From an uncultured Nitrospinota bacterium (GTDB lineage Bacteria; Tectomicrobia; Entotheonellia; J063; CAVPRW01), in contig CAVPRW010000014.1 in assembly GCA_963707985.1 (NCBI GenBank), positions 160,001 to 224,000 on the forward strand: a DNA stretch of 64,000 bases, written 5' to 3'. Shown here piece after piece: positions 48,685 to 58,652 of the stretch. Every line of letters starts with the position of its first letter. The first letter of the stretch is position 1. The notes below the pieces were generated by a model that saw nothing but the letters and a program-made list of their open reading frames with translations, was not told the DNA's origin and did not search any database. Position numbers and translations under genes: made by a program.

Positions 48685-50911
48685 TGATTACCCACGCGTC
48701 GATGGGACAGACATCCCCCCTCTGGAGCAGCGTCGCCGCCGCCTGCGAAATTTCTGGACCTTCTTGGGGGTAACTTGCCTGCTCATCTTGCTGACAGGGG
48801 CGGAATTATATGTTCAGGGGCTCCATCACGTCCTGCCCGTGGCCAACAATATCGTGATCTTCGCCGTCGTCAATCTCAACATTATATTATTGCTGGCGTT
48901 AGTGCTTCTAGTCCTGCGCAACCTGGTCAAGCTCTACTATGAGCGGCGTGGGAAGATCATTGGGTCCCGGTTTCGGACGAAGCTGGTGATCGCGTTTTTC
49001 GGTCTGTCTCTGACCCCGTGCGTGCTCTTAGTGCTAGTGGCGAGTGGCTTGATCACCAAAAGCATCAATAACTGGTTTAATGTGAGTATCGAGCGTTCGC
49101 TGGAAGATTCGCTCGAAGTGTCGCGCAATTATTACCGCCTGATCGAGCAGGATGCGCTGCATTTCGGCGAGCAACTCCGCACCGTGCTTCTAGGGAAGGA
49201 CCTGTTACGGAGCGACCGAGCGCCGGCGCTGGCGAAGGTGTTAGAGGAGAAGCGCCGGGAGTATCAATTGAGCGCGCTCCAGGTCTTCGGCGCCAATCTA
49301 CAGGAACTGGCCGCTGCCGGGGGGCAAGTGGGGGGTGAACGACTGACCGCCACTCAGGCCGAACTGCTCCGCCGCCGCTCGATTGACGCCAGCACAGAAA
49401 TCCAATCCGTCGGTAGGGGAGAGGTGATTCGCGGCATTGTCCCCATCCTGTCGCAGGGCGGAGGGCCCCCCCTGGCCTGGATTGTGCTGACATATCATGT
49501 ACCGGAGAGCTTGGTGGCCAAGATGGGGGACATCGCCGAGGCTTTTGAGCAATACAAACAGTTAAAAATCCTCAAGACCCCGATCAAAACCAGCTATCTC
49601 ATCACACTCCTGATGGTGGCATTGCTGGTGATCTTTTGCGCCATTTGGTTTGGCCTCTACCTGGCGAAGGGTATCACAGTGCCCATTCAACATTTAGTTG
49701 AAGGGACACGTGCGGTGGCAGATGGCAACCTCGATTTCCGCGTCACTGCTACCAGCGACGATGAAATCGGCTGGCTAGTGCATTCCTTTAACCAAATGAC
49801 CGACGATTTGCGCGCCGGCAAGAGGGCCCTTGAACAGGCCAATGCTGAGCTCAAGGAGAGCAACCAGGAGCTGGAGGCACGCCGTCACTACATGGCGACC
49901 GTCCTCGAAAATGTGGCGGCGGGCGTGCTGTCACTCGATAAGCACGGCCGGGTGTCGACGATGAATCGCTCAGCGCAGGTGATGCTTGGCATCGATGCCC
50001 AGGCGGCCCTCGGGCGAGTGTATCGGCATGTGTTCAGCGCCGCCCATCTGGATTCGATTCGCGGGCTCATGAAACGCATGGCGAGCGGCCGCCGTGAGAG
50101 CATCGCGGACCAAATTCAGTTGCTCGTGGGGGGGCGCGTGTTGACCTTGCTGGTGAATATCTCCTTACTGCGAGACAGCGATAGCCACTACCTCGGGATG
50201 GTGTTGGTGTTCGATGATTTGACCGAATTGATACGCGTACAGAAACTCGCGGCCTGGCGTGATGTCGCCCAGGGAATCGCCCATGAGATCAAGAACCCCT
50301 TGACTCCCATCCAGCTCTCGGCGCAGCGGTTACGACGGAAGTATCGCGAGCACTCAGGCGATTTCGATGAGGTCTTCGACGAATGTACCCATACCATTAT
50401 CACCCAGGTGGAAGGCCTCAAGGGCTTGCTCGACGAGTTTTCAGCCTTCGCGCGCATGCCAGAGTCAAATCCGACTCCAACAGAGTTGCAACCACTCATG
50501 GAGGAAGTGCTACAATTATATCGCGGGGCTCACCGTAACATTGAGCTGGCGTTATCCTGTGACCCTACCGTCGCCAAGGTCAACGTGGATGGGGAGCAAA
50601 TGAAGCGGGTGCTGATCAATTTGGTGGAAAACGCGATCGAGGCCATGCATGGCCAGGGGCGGGTAGACATTATTACCAACCTCGATGGGCGTCATCAACG
50701 CGTAGGCATTGAAGTGCGTGATACCGGTGCGGGTATTCCGCCCCAGGTCCGCGACAAGCTGTTTTTACCATATTTCACCACGAAAAAGGGAGGCTCAGGC
50801 CTGGGACTGGCGATTGTCAATCGCATCGTCGCCGACCACGGTGGGCATATCTCCGTCCGCGATAACACCCCGTGCGGTAGCATCTTCGCAATCGAACTAC
50901 CGGTCGTGTGA
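48671..50911 (+). CDS. NtrY-like sensor histidine kinase (TMs, periplasmic domain, HAMP, PAS, HisKA, HATPase)
   Basis: GSRFRTKLV...SINNWF, HAMP 'DEIGWLVHSFNQM', H-box AHEIKNPLTPIQLSA, NAIEA, DTGAG, GSGLGL. Confidence 0.92.
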   Translation: MRHPNDYPRVDGTDIPPLEQRRRRLRNFWTFLGVTCLLILLTGAELYVQGLHHVLPVANNIVIFAVVNLNIILLLALVLLVLRNLVKLYYERRGKIIGSRFRTKLVIAFFGLSLTPCVLLVLVASGLITKSINNWFNVSIERSLEDSLEVSRNYYRLIEQDALHFGEQLRTVLLGKDLLRSDRAPALAKVLEEKRREYQLSALQVFGANLQELAAAGGQVGGERLTATQAELLRRRSIDASTEIQSVGRGEVIRGIVPILSQGGGPPLAWIVLTYHVPESLVAKMGDIAEAFEQYKQLKILKTPIKTSYLITLLMVALLVIFCAIWFGLYLAKGITVPIQHLVEGTRAVADGNLDFRVTATSDDEIGWLVHSFNQMTDDLRAGKRALEQANAELKESNQELEARRHYMATVLENVAAGVLSLDKHGRVSTMNRSAQVMLGIDAQAALGRVYRHVFSAAHLDSIRGLMKRMASGRRESIADQIQLLVGGRVLTLLVNISLLRDSDSHYLGMVLVFDDLTELIRVQKLAAWRDVAQGIAHEIKNPLTPIQLSAQRLRRKYREHSGDFDEVFDECTHTIITQVEGLKGLLDEFSAFARMPESNPTPTELQPLMEEVLQLYRGAHRNIELALSCDPTVAKVNVDGEQMKRVLINLVENAIEAMHGQGRVDIITNLDGRHQRVGIEVRDTGAGIPPQVRDKLFLPYFTTKKGGSGLGLAIVNRIVADHGGHISVRDNTPCGSIFAIELPVV

Positions 50912-50934
50912 GGACCATCGAAGAAAGGACAAGC

Positions 50935-53136
50935 ATGGCCAAGGGGCGTATTTTGATCGTGGATGACGAAGCCAGTATCGTGCGCTCACTGGAAGGGATT
51001 TTGGATGACGAAGGGTTTGACGTGGTTCAGGCCCGCGATGGTGAGGCCGCGCTCGCGCTCCTGCAAGCGCACCCCTGTGATCTCGTGCTGCTCGACCTGT
51101 GGATGCCGGGGATCGATGGGATTCAGACGTTGCAGCGGCTGAAAGCCATGCAGACGAATGTGTGCATCATCGTCATGTCGGGGCATGGCAATATCGAGAC
51201 TGCCGTCAAAGCCACCAGGCTGGGGGCTTTCGATTATCTGGAAAAACCGTTGTCATTGGATAACGTGCTGAGCTCAGTCAATGCCGCCGTTGATCATCTC
51301 AGGAAGACCCGTGATCATCACTGGGTGGAAGTGGTGCGGGCGGCTGCGGAGCCTCTCATTGGGGTCAGCAGTGCATTGCAAGCACTACGCACCCAGATCG
51401 ACGCGGTAACGCAGCACGAAACGCCGCTGTTAATCGTCGGTGAGCCGGGGAGCGGCAAAGAATTTCTGGCTCGGCTGATACACCATCGGCAGTATCCCCG
51501 AGCTCCGCTGGTGCGACTCCACTGCGGCGCGGTATCGGACCATGAGTTAGAGCAGGTATGCGGTGATGGGAACAGCCTGTCTACGCTTCTAGAGGACACG
51601 GATGACACCGATCTCGACTACGACATCGGGGCGGGAACGCTGTATCTGGATGGACTGGAAAGGCTTTCGACGCCAGCGCGGCATGCCTTAACCAGGCTCA
51701 TGAGCGCCGGTAGGTCCCACGCATGGCGCGACGGGGCAGCGCTGCGGATGCGCCTCATCGCGGCAACGCTTCCAAGTGCTTGGTGGGAGTCCGGGATCGG
51801 GGATCTGCCAGCAGACCTGCAACGGGTGTTTCCCACCTCACCCCTGAGGACGATCCCTCTGCGCCACCGTGTTGAGGATATTCCCCTCCTGGCGGAATAT
51901 TACTTGCGTTGCTTGGCGCGCAAATATGGCTCGATTCCCAAAGAATTACACCCTGAGGCGCTCCAAGCCATGATGGGGTACGATTGGCCCGGCAATGTCA
52001 ACGAGCTGAAGGTGACGCTGGAGCGCGGCGTGTTGACGACGCCTTCGGGGATCATCGGGGTAGAACATCTGCCGCATCATGTGATTGAACCGGCGGGCAC
52101 TTCCAGCAACGTCTCTTCCGGGGGCACCTATGCGTCGTTGAAAGAGGCTAGACGGGCTTGGGAGCGGCAGTATCTGGTGGCGCAGCTCCGCAAGTATCGC
52201 GGGAATGCTGCGCACACGGCACAAGCGCTGCAGCTGAACGAACGGAGCCTGCAACGCCGACTACAGGTATTGGGTATCACGAGGAGCGAACCGCCTCGCC
52301 GGTCGACGATGCCGCAACGGACGTTGCAGCGGAGCGTGGTGATCCATGGACAAGGCCTCCAATCTGGCGTCAAGACGGGCATGATTCTCTCGCCGCTGCC
52401 GATGAACAGTGGCATCCTCTTCGGCGACATTGCAACAGGGGAAACCATCCCGGCCGCGGCGGCGCATGTGGAGTCGACAGGCTATGCGACGACCCTCCGC
52501 CGTGGCGTGGTAACAGCACGGACCGTCGAGCACATCATGGCGGCGCTGCATATGTACCGCCTGACCAACGTTCTGGTGAAGATCGGTGGCGAGGTCCCGT
52601 TTATGGACGGCTCGGCACAAGATTTTTGCCAATTGATCGAAGCGGCTGGGGTGGAAGAGCAAGCGGCGGAAGCCCCGATGTTGAAGATTTGTCAGCGTCA
52701 CGTGTGGGGACAGGAGGAGCCGGACCAAAAACATTTCGTCATTGAGCCCGCTTCACACCTGACGATTACCTATCATCTGCACTACCCACCGCCGATCGGA
52801 CGCCAACAGTATACCTTCGTCGCGGACAGTCCCGAGCATTTCAAAGCGACGATCGCACCCGCACGCACGTTCGGTTTCGTCAAAGAGATCGAACACTTGC
52901 ATGCGCTTGGCATGGCCAACGGCGGGCGCCTGACGAACGTCATCTTGGTGGACGAGTCACGCATCATCAACACCGAGTTGCGCTTTCCTGATGAATTCGT
53001 GCGACATAAGGTTCTCGACCTTCTGGGAGATTTGTACTTAACTGGCAAGTTCGTGCAGGGTAAGATCACTGCCTATCTGACCGGGCATACCGAGAATCTA
53101 GGCGCTCGTCAAATTCCTCCTGTCCATGTCGGATGA
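50935..53136 (+). CDS. lpxC: Fusion: NtrX-like response regulator (REC, degenerate AAA+, Fis-type HTH) plus UDP-3-O-acyl-GlcNAc deacetylase LpxC (from 52309)
   Basis: One continuous ORF. REC: VDDE, LLDLWMP, SGHGNIETAV, EKP. AAA+: GEPGSGKE, WPGNVNEL. HTH follows. LpxC: QRTL, TVEHIMAAL, PFMDGSA, ARTFGF, RHKVLDLLGDL, TGH. The last ~12 codons are probably frameshifted near 53101. Confidence 0.9.
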   Translation: MAKGRILIVDDEASIVRSLEGILDDEGFDVVQARDGEAALALLQAHPCDLVLLDLWMPGIDGIQTLQRLKAMQTNVCIIVMSGHGNIETAVKATRLGAFDYLEKPLSLDNVLSSVNAAVDHLRKTRDHHWVEVVRAAAEPLIGVSSALQALRTQIDAVTQHETPLLIVGEPGSGKEFLARLIHHRQYPRAPLVRLHCGAVSDHELEQVCGDGNSLSTLLEDTDDTDLDYDIGAGTLYLDGLERLSTPARHALTRLMSAGRSHAWRDGAALRMRLIAATLPSAWWESGIGDLPADLQRVFPTSPLRTIPLRHRVEDIPLLAEYYLRCLARKYGSIPKELHPEALQAMMGYDWPGNVNELKVTLERGVLTTPSGIIGVEHLPHHVIEPAGTSSNVSSGGTYASLKEARRAWERQYLVAQLRKYRGNAAHTAQALQLNERSLQRRLQVLGITRSEPPRRSTMPQRTLQRSVVIHGQGLQSGVKTGMILSPLPMNSGILFGDIATGETIPAAAAHVESTGYATTLRRGVVTARTVEHIMAALHMYRLTNVLVKIGGEVPFMDGSAQDFCQLIEAAGVEEQAAEAPMLKICQRHVWGQEEPDQKHFVIEPASHLTITYHLHYPPPIGRQQYTFVADSPEHFKATIAPARTFGFVKEIEHLHALGMANGGRLTNVILVDESRIINTELRFPDEFVRHKVLDLLGDLYLTGKFVQGKITAYLTGHTENLGARQIPPVHVG

Positions 53137-53144
53137 GGCCTAGC

Positions 53145-53865
53145 ATGGGACGCCAGGAGGCCGGCTATCAGCGGTTCGGACTGGTGGGTGTATGGACGCT
53201 TTGGATACTGCAACTAGGGCTGTGCCCTGCTGTTGTGACCGAAGCAGGCCAGGCCTTAGGGCCCGACACTGTGGTGGCACGTGTGCAAAGCCGGTATGAG
53301 CGCACGACGCACTTGCAGGCCACGGTTCCGACAGGAAACCCGCGTACCTGGCTTTGATCAAGTCCAGACCGGGGAAGGGCGGGTATGGATCCTGAAACCA
53401 GGGATGATGCGCTGGGATTACACCAAGCCAGAGCGCCAAACCATCATTGCCAACAGCGATACGCTGTGGGTCTATCTTCCCGATGATCGGCAAGTGATTC
53501 GCGACCACATCAACCACTCGCTGGGAACACGCACGCCCGCCCTCTTCCTGGCAGGGCAGGCTAGGCTCACTGACTTGTTCACGGTGACGGGGATGACGAG
53601 CCAAGGCCCTGGCGAAGGCGACTTGCTTCAGCTAGAATTAGCTCCAAGAGGTGAGACTTTACCCTATACTCGCGTGTCTCTCGGGATCGATCCCAGCTCC
53701 TATCTGGTGATGGTGGTACGGGTGGTCGACGCCGCGGGAAACATGACCGCTATGTGGTTCTCCGAAATCGATACGGAGGGGGCTGTTGCGCCCTCGTTAT
53801 TTCAATTTCAAGTTCCACCGGGGGTAGAGGTCATGGCGCCACCTGTGTTCCCCGGGCCACGCTAA
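53145..53865 (+). CDS. lolA: Outer-membrane lipoprotein carrier LolA (apparent frameshift near 53322)
   Basis: Signal peptide, then ...A(R)FRQE...GRVWILKPGMMRWDYTKPERQTII...LWVY...FQFQVPPGVEV. Confidence 0.85.
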
Positions 53866-53882
53866 TCAAGTGGGAGGCGAGT

Positions 53883-54965
53883 GTGGAAAATTTGCAAATG
53901 GTGGAGATCATCCTTAAGGTTGCGGCGGCGTTCTGTCTGCTCATTGTGATCCATGAGCTCGGGCATTTTCTGGTCGCGAAATATCTCGGGATCGGAGTGG
54001 AGCGTTTTTCGATCGGCTTCGGGCCGAAGCTTGTGAGCTTCCGCCGGGGAGAGACCGAGTACATGTTGTCTGTGATTCCTCTAGGCGGCTACGTCAAGCT
54101 CATTGGGGACGACCCGCGCGGTGCCGATGGTGATCATCCGCGAGCCTTTCTCAACAAGCCAATCAGCCACCGGATTGCTGTAGTAGCTGCGGGCCCGCTG
54201 GCGAACTTTACCTTGGCGGTGGTGATCTTAGCAGGTGTGCACTGGGTGGGTGTCCCCACGCCACAGATTTCTGAGCTCCCGGAGGTCGGAGAGGTCGTGG
54301 CCGGTTCCCCTGCGCAGCAGGCCGGTTTACAACCAGGAGACCGCATTTTGATGGTGAATGGCACGCCTGTCGGGCAGTGGGCGGATCTGGTACAGACCAT
54401 CCACCGGCATATCAATACCCCTCTGCAGCTTAGGGTACAGCGGGGCGCAGAAAGCTTTGACGTGACGGTGACCCCCAAAGCCGGCAAGATCATCAAAGAC
54501 TTGGAAGAGGTAGAGGTGGGGCTGATCGGCGTGGCGCCTCACGTCGACTTCACGGTGACGCGCTATTCTCCACCTGTCGCACTGTGGAAAGGTGTGGAGA
54601 AAACCTGGGAGCTCAGCACCCTGACTGTGGTGTCGCTGGTCAAAATGGTGCAAGGAAAGATTTCCCCCAAACATCTTGCCGGCCCCGTCGGGATTTTTCA
54701 GATGGCCGGGCAACAGGCGAAAGTCGGGCTGCTACCGCTGGTCTCGCTGATGGCTGTGCTCAGCATCAGTTTAGGAATTCTTAACCTCTTTCCCATCCCG
54801 GTGCTCGATGGCGGACATATTCTGTTCTTCGCCCTAGAAGGCCTGTGGGGACAGCCCATTAGTCCTCGCAAGCAAGAGATCGCCACACAGGTCGGTTTAT
54901 TCCTGCTCGTGGCGCTGATGTTGACCGCCTTTTATAATGATTTGCTGCGCATTTTTGCCAACTAG
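53883..54965 (+). CDS. rseP: RIP metalloprotease RseP (M50, PDZ)
   Basis: HELGH, FSIGFGP, PLGGYV, AGPLAN, PDZ domain, NLFPIPVLDGGH. Confidence 0.95.
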   Translation: MENLQMVEIILKVAAAFCLLIVIHELGHFLVAKYLGIGVERFSIGFGPKLVSFRRGETEYMLSVIPLGGYVKLIGDDPRGADGDHPRAFLNKPISHRIAVVAAGPLANFTLAVVILAGVHWVGVPTPQISELPEVGEVVAGSPAQQAGLQPGDRILMVNGTPVGQWADLVQTIHRHINTPLQLRVQRGAESFDVTVTPKAGKIIKDLEEVEVGLIGVAPHVDFTVTRYSPPVALWKGVEKTWELSTLTVVSLVKMVQGKISPKHLAGPVGIFQMAGQQAKVGLLPLVSLMAVLSISLGILNLFPIPVLDGGHILFFALEGLWGQPISPRKQEIATQVGLFLLVALMLTAFYNDLLRIFAN

Positions 54966-54984
54966 CCTCGCCTGAGGGCCGCCG

Positions 54985-56722
54985 ATGAAACGATCCCAGC
55001 TCTTCCTGCCCACGATGAAAGACATCCCAGCGGAAGCTGAGGTCATCAGCCATCAACTGATGCTTCGGGCTGGACTCATCCGCCGGGTCGCTGCCGGTGT
55101 TTATTCCTATCTACCGTTAGGGCACCGGGTCATGCAAAAGGTCTCGCAGATCGTTCGCGAAGAGATGAACCGTGCCGGGGCGCAAGAACTACTGCTGCCG
55201 GCCGTGCAGCCAGCGGAGCTATGGCAGGAGAGCGGGCGTTGGGAGCTCATGGGCAAGGAGATGATGCGGCTGAAGGATCGCCACGAGCGCGACTTTTGCT
55301 TGGGACCGACCCATGAGGAAGTGATCACCGATCTGGTGCGACGGGAAATCCGCTCCTACCGCCAACTGCCGCTCATGCTCTACCAGATTCAAACGAAATT
55401 TCGCGATGAGATTCGACCTCGGTTCGGGCTGATGCGTGGCCGCGAGTTCGTCATGAAAGATGCCTATAGCTTTGACCGAGATGACGTCGGTGCCGATGCG
55501 AGCTATCGCAAGATGTATGATGCCTACGGCGCCATCTTCTCGCGCTGTGGCCTGCAATATTCGGCGGTCGAGGCCGAGTCGGGTGCCATCGGTGGCAGTT
55601 ATTCACAGGAATTTATGGTGCTTGCCGACACTGGTGAGGATGCCATCGCCATCTGTGATGGTTGTCACTATGCGGCCAACGTCGAGCGGGCCGAAATCGC
55701 TGCCGCTGCGACACCTGAGTCAAGGGATGCGCTGAAACCGCTGACACCGGTGGAAACGCCCGGCAGAACCACCGTTGACGCGGTTGCGGCGTACCTCGGC
55801 GTGCCACGCCAGGCGATCGCCAAGACGCTCATCTACGAAGCCAATGGGCATGTGGTCGGGGTCATGGTACGAGGTGACCGACAGGTCAACGAGGCCAAGC
55901 TCGCCAAACACCTGCAGGGGGGCGGCATGCGTTTCGCCGACCGTGCCACCATTCAGCGCGTCACTGGGGGACCAGAGGGATTTTCGGGACCGGTCGGTCT
56001 CACCGGTGTGCCCATTTTGGCGGATCATGAGGTACGCGGCATGAACAATATCGTCGTCGGGGCAAATGCTGCGGACATGCATTACGCCAATGCCAATGAG
56101 GGGCGCGACTTCGGCGTCGATCACTACCTCGACGTGCGGCATGGTGAGCGAGGCTGATCCCTGCGCCCGGTGCGGAAAGCCGTTGCGGATTGTGCGCGGC
56201 ATCGAGGTCGGGCATGTGTTTAAACTGGGTACCAAGTATAGCACGTCCATGGACGCCACCTATCTCGATGCCAATGGCAGGACGCACCCTATTGTCATGG
56301 GCTGCTATGGTATCGGTGTTGGCCGCACGGCGGCTGCGGCTGTCGAGCAGCATCATGATGCAGATGGCATCATCTGGCCCCTACCCATTGCACCGCTACA
56401 CGTCATGGTCGTCCCAGCAAATATGACCGACAGTCGTAGTTGGGAGACAGCCCAGACGATCCATAACGCGCTTGAGGCTGCCGGTGTTGAAGTGTTACTC
56501 GATGATCGCGATGAACGCCCTGGAGTCAAATTTAAAGATGCGGATCTGATCGGCTTGCCCCTGCGGGTAACGATTGGCAAAGCCTTGGCGCAAGGGCAAG
56601 TGGAACTCATGGCTCGACGAACACGGCGTACCATCTTGGTCGGGGTTGACGAGGCGGTACCCCACCTGCGTCAGGTTGTGATGGGTGGGGAATCTGCTTT
56701 TCCAGAATTGTTTGTGTCTTGA
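54985..56722 (+). CDS. proS: Proline--tRNA ligase (apparent frameshift near 56139)
   Basis: [33 protein letters not shown], then [22 protein letters not shown] and [11 protein letters not shown] in the +1 frame. Confidence 0.95.
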
Positions 56723-56747
56723 CGTGTTGCCATGGGTGTGCTAAGGT
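56719..56747 (+). promoter_or_regulatory. Promoter of the rimP-nusA-infB operon
   Basis: TTGACG, 17-nt spacer ending in TGC (extended -10 TG), TAAGGT. Confidence 0.5.
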
Positions 56748-56843
56748 TTAGCGGTGTTGAATATACTCGTAGTGGTCTGACCAGAAGGGGGGTGTGCACC
56801 CCGGTTTAGCATACCTGCCACTGCACAGGCAATCGGGAGGCAG

Positions 56844-56870
56844 AAATGGGCGATGCGCCCATTTTTTTTT
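56844..56870 (+). terminator. rimP leader terminator/attenuator hairpin
   Basis: AAATGGGCG-ATG-CGCCCATTT followed by a T-tract, upstream of rimP; typical position and form. Confidence 0.75.
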
Positions 56871-56921
56871 CGGTGGGATGGGCCATAGCCGCACACGTGA
56901 TCGCTGGGGAGAACGCCACTG

Positions 56922-57386
56922 GTGGAGCGTGATGCCGCAATTGCAACTCTGCGACAGGCCGTTGAGTCCTTGCTGATGGCTGAAGGGATGGGTCTCGTTG
57001 ACTTGCAATGGAGTCGGCGTGGGAAACGTTGGGTTCTGACTCTCTTTATCGAGCACGAGGGGGGGGTGACTCTCGACGATTGTGCCCGGATCAGTAGGCA
57101 GGTCGGGGAGCGCATCGAAGTCGACAACCTAATCGACCATGCTTATACGCTAGAAGTCTCCTCGCCAGGCCTTGACCGACCCTTGCGGACGTTGGCCGAG
57201 TTTGAACGTTTTCATGAGCATCTGGTACGGATCGTGACGACGATTCCGATTCAGGGTCGCTCGACAATTGTCGGCCGACTCAAAGGCGTCGAGGGAGAGA
57301 GCGTGTTGGTGGAAGCGAAGCGCCTTGGCACGGTGCCCATTCCCGTGACGCAGATCAAACACGCCAGACTCGAGATCGAGTTCTGA
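56922..57386 (+). CDS. rimP: Ribosome maturation factor RimP
   Basis: GGVTLDDCARISR, YTLEVSSPGLDRPL. Confidence 0.95.
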   Translation: MERDAAIATLRQAVESLLMAEGMGLVDLQWSRRGKRWVLTLFIEHEGGVTLDDCARISRQVGERIEVDNLIDHAYTLEVSSPGLDRPLRTLAEFERFHEHLVRIVTTIPIQGRSTIVGRLKGVEGESVLVEAKRLGTVPIPVTQIKHARLEIEF

Positions 57387-57401
57387 TCACCTGGAGAGAC
57401 G

Positions 57402-58652
57402 GTGGTGAATCAAGAGATTCTTCGTATAATTGAGCAAATCTCTCGGGAGAAAGGGATCGAGAAAGATGTCCTGCTCGCCGGTGTGGAAGCAGCGGTGCTC
57501 TCAGCCGCTAAACGCCGGTACGGCCCGGCTGAAAGCCTGCAGGCGCATTTTAATCCCCAATCCGGCATGCTCGAGCTGACAATCGCGAAGACCGTCGTGG
57601 AACAGCTTAAGGACCCTAAAGGCGAGATTGCATTTGAACACGCCAGGGCCTACGACCTGGAGGCGAAAGTTGGGGATGTGATGCAAATCCCTCTCGAAGT
57701 AGAGGGATTTGGGCGCATCGCGGCACAAACGGCGAAACAGGTGATCATCCAGAAGGTACGCGAAGCCGAGCGGGACATTATCTACAACGAGTACAAGGGG
57801 CGCGAGGGGGAGCTGGTCAACGGCATCATCCAACGCTTTGAGAAAGGGGATGTGATTCTTGACCTCGGTAAGACGGAGGCGCTCTTGCCGCGCAAGGAAC
57901 AATCGACGCGCGAAGCTTTCCAGCGCGGCGAACGAGTGCGGGCCTATATTCTCGAAGTCCGCAAAGGCACCAGCGGTCCCCAAATCATCGCCTCTCGCAC
58001 CCATCCAGGGCTGGTCGAACGCTTGTTCGAGATGGAGGTACCCGAGATCTATGAGGGCATCATTGAGATCAAGGGTGCGGTGCGCGAACCCAACGGACGC
58101 GCCAAGATCGCGGTCTGCTCTCGCGATCGTGCCGTCGACCCCATCGGCGCCTGCGTGGGCATGCGCGGTGTCCGCGTCCAATCGGTGGTCCAGGAGCTGC
58201 GAGGCGAGAAGATCGACATCGTGCAGTGGTCGGACGACCCTGCTACGTTCGTCGGCAATGCCCTCAGCCCGGCGAAGATCTATAAGATCAACGTCAACCC
58301 GGATGGTCGTGCCATGGAGGTGATCGTCGAAGACGATCAACTCTCGCTTGCTATCGGCAAGAAGGGCCAGAATGTTCGGCTCGCCGCCAAGCTCACCAAG
58401 TGGCGTTTGGACATCAAGAGTCGGTCAGAATATGAACAGGGGCTGCGGACGACAGCAGAGGGTGCACTCGCTGGCCTGACAGGCGTGTCGGGGGTGGTAG
58501 GCGAAATGAAGGGAGCGGTGGGCGGTGTCACGTCACCGACGCCGGCTGATATCCCCCCCGTGTCAGTGGAGAGCGAACCCGGAATAACAGAGACCTCCGA
58601 TCGCCTAGTCGATGCCACGATGGATGGCGGCACGCATGAACTTGAGCGGTAG
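57402..58652 (+). CDS. nusA: Transcription termination factor NusA
   Basis: [12 protein letters not shown]1 domain, [23 protein letters not shown]. Confidence 0.97.
   Translation: MVNQEILRIIEQISREKGIEKDVLLAGVEAAVLSAAKRRYGPAESLQAHFNPQSGMLELTIAKTVVEQLKDPKGEIAFEHARAYDLEAKVGDVMQIPLEVEGFGRIAAQTAKQVIIQKVREAERDIIYNEYKGREGELVNGIIQRFEKGDVILDLGKTEALLPRKEQSTREAFQRGERVRAYILEVRKGTSGPQIIASRTHPGLVERLFEMEVPEIYEGIIEIKGAVREPNGRAKIAVCSRDRAVDPIGACVGMRGVRVQSVVQELRGEKIDIVQWSDDPATFVGNALSPAKIYKINVNPDGRAMEVIVEDDQLSLAIGKKGQNVRLAAKLTKWRLDIKSRSEYEQGLRTTAEGALAGLTGVSGVVGEMKGAVGGVTSPTPADIPPVSVESEPGITETSDRLVDATMDGGTHELER

Noticed and set aside
48671..52280. Canonical NtrBC nitrogen regulation linked to glnD
   Set aside because: The kinase is membrane-bound NtrY-type, the regulator lacks GAFTGA, and glnD is ~10 kb away in another gene block.
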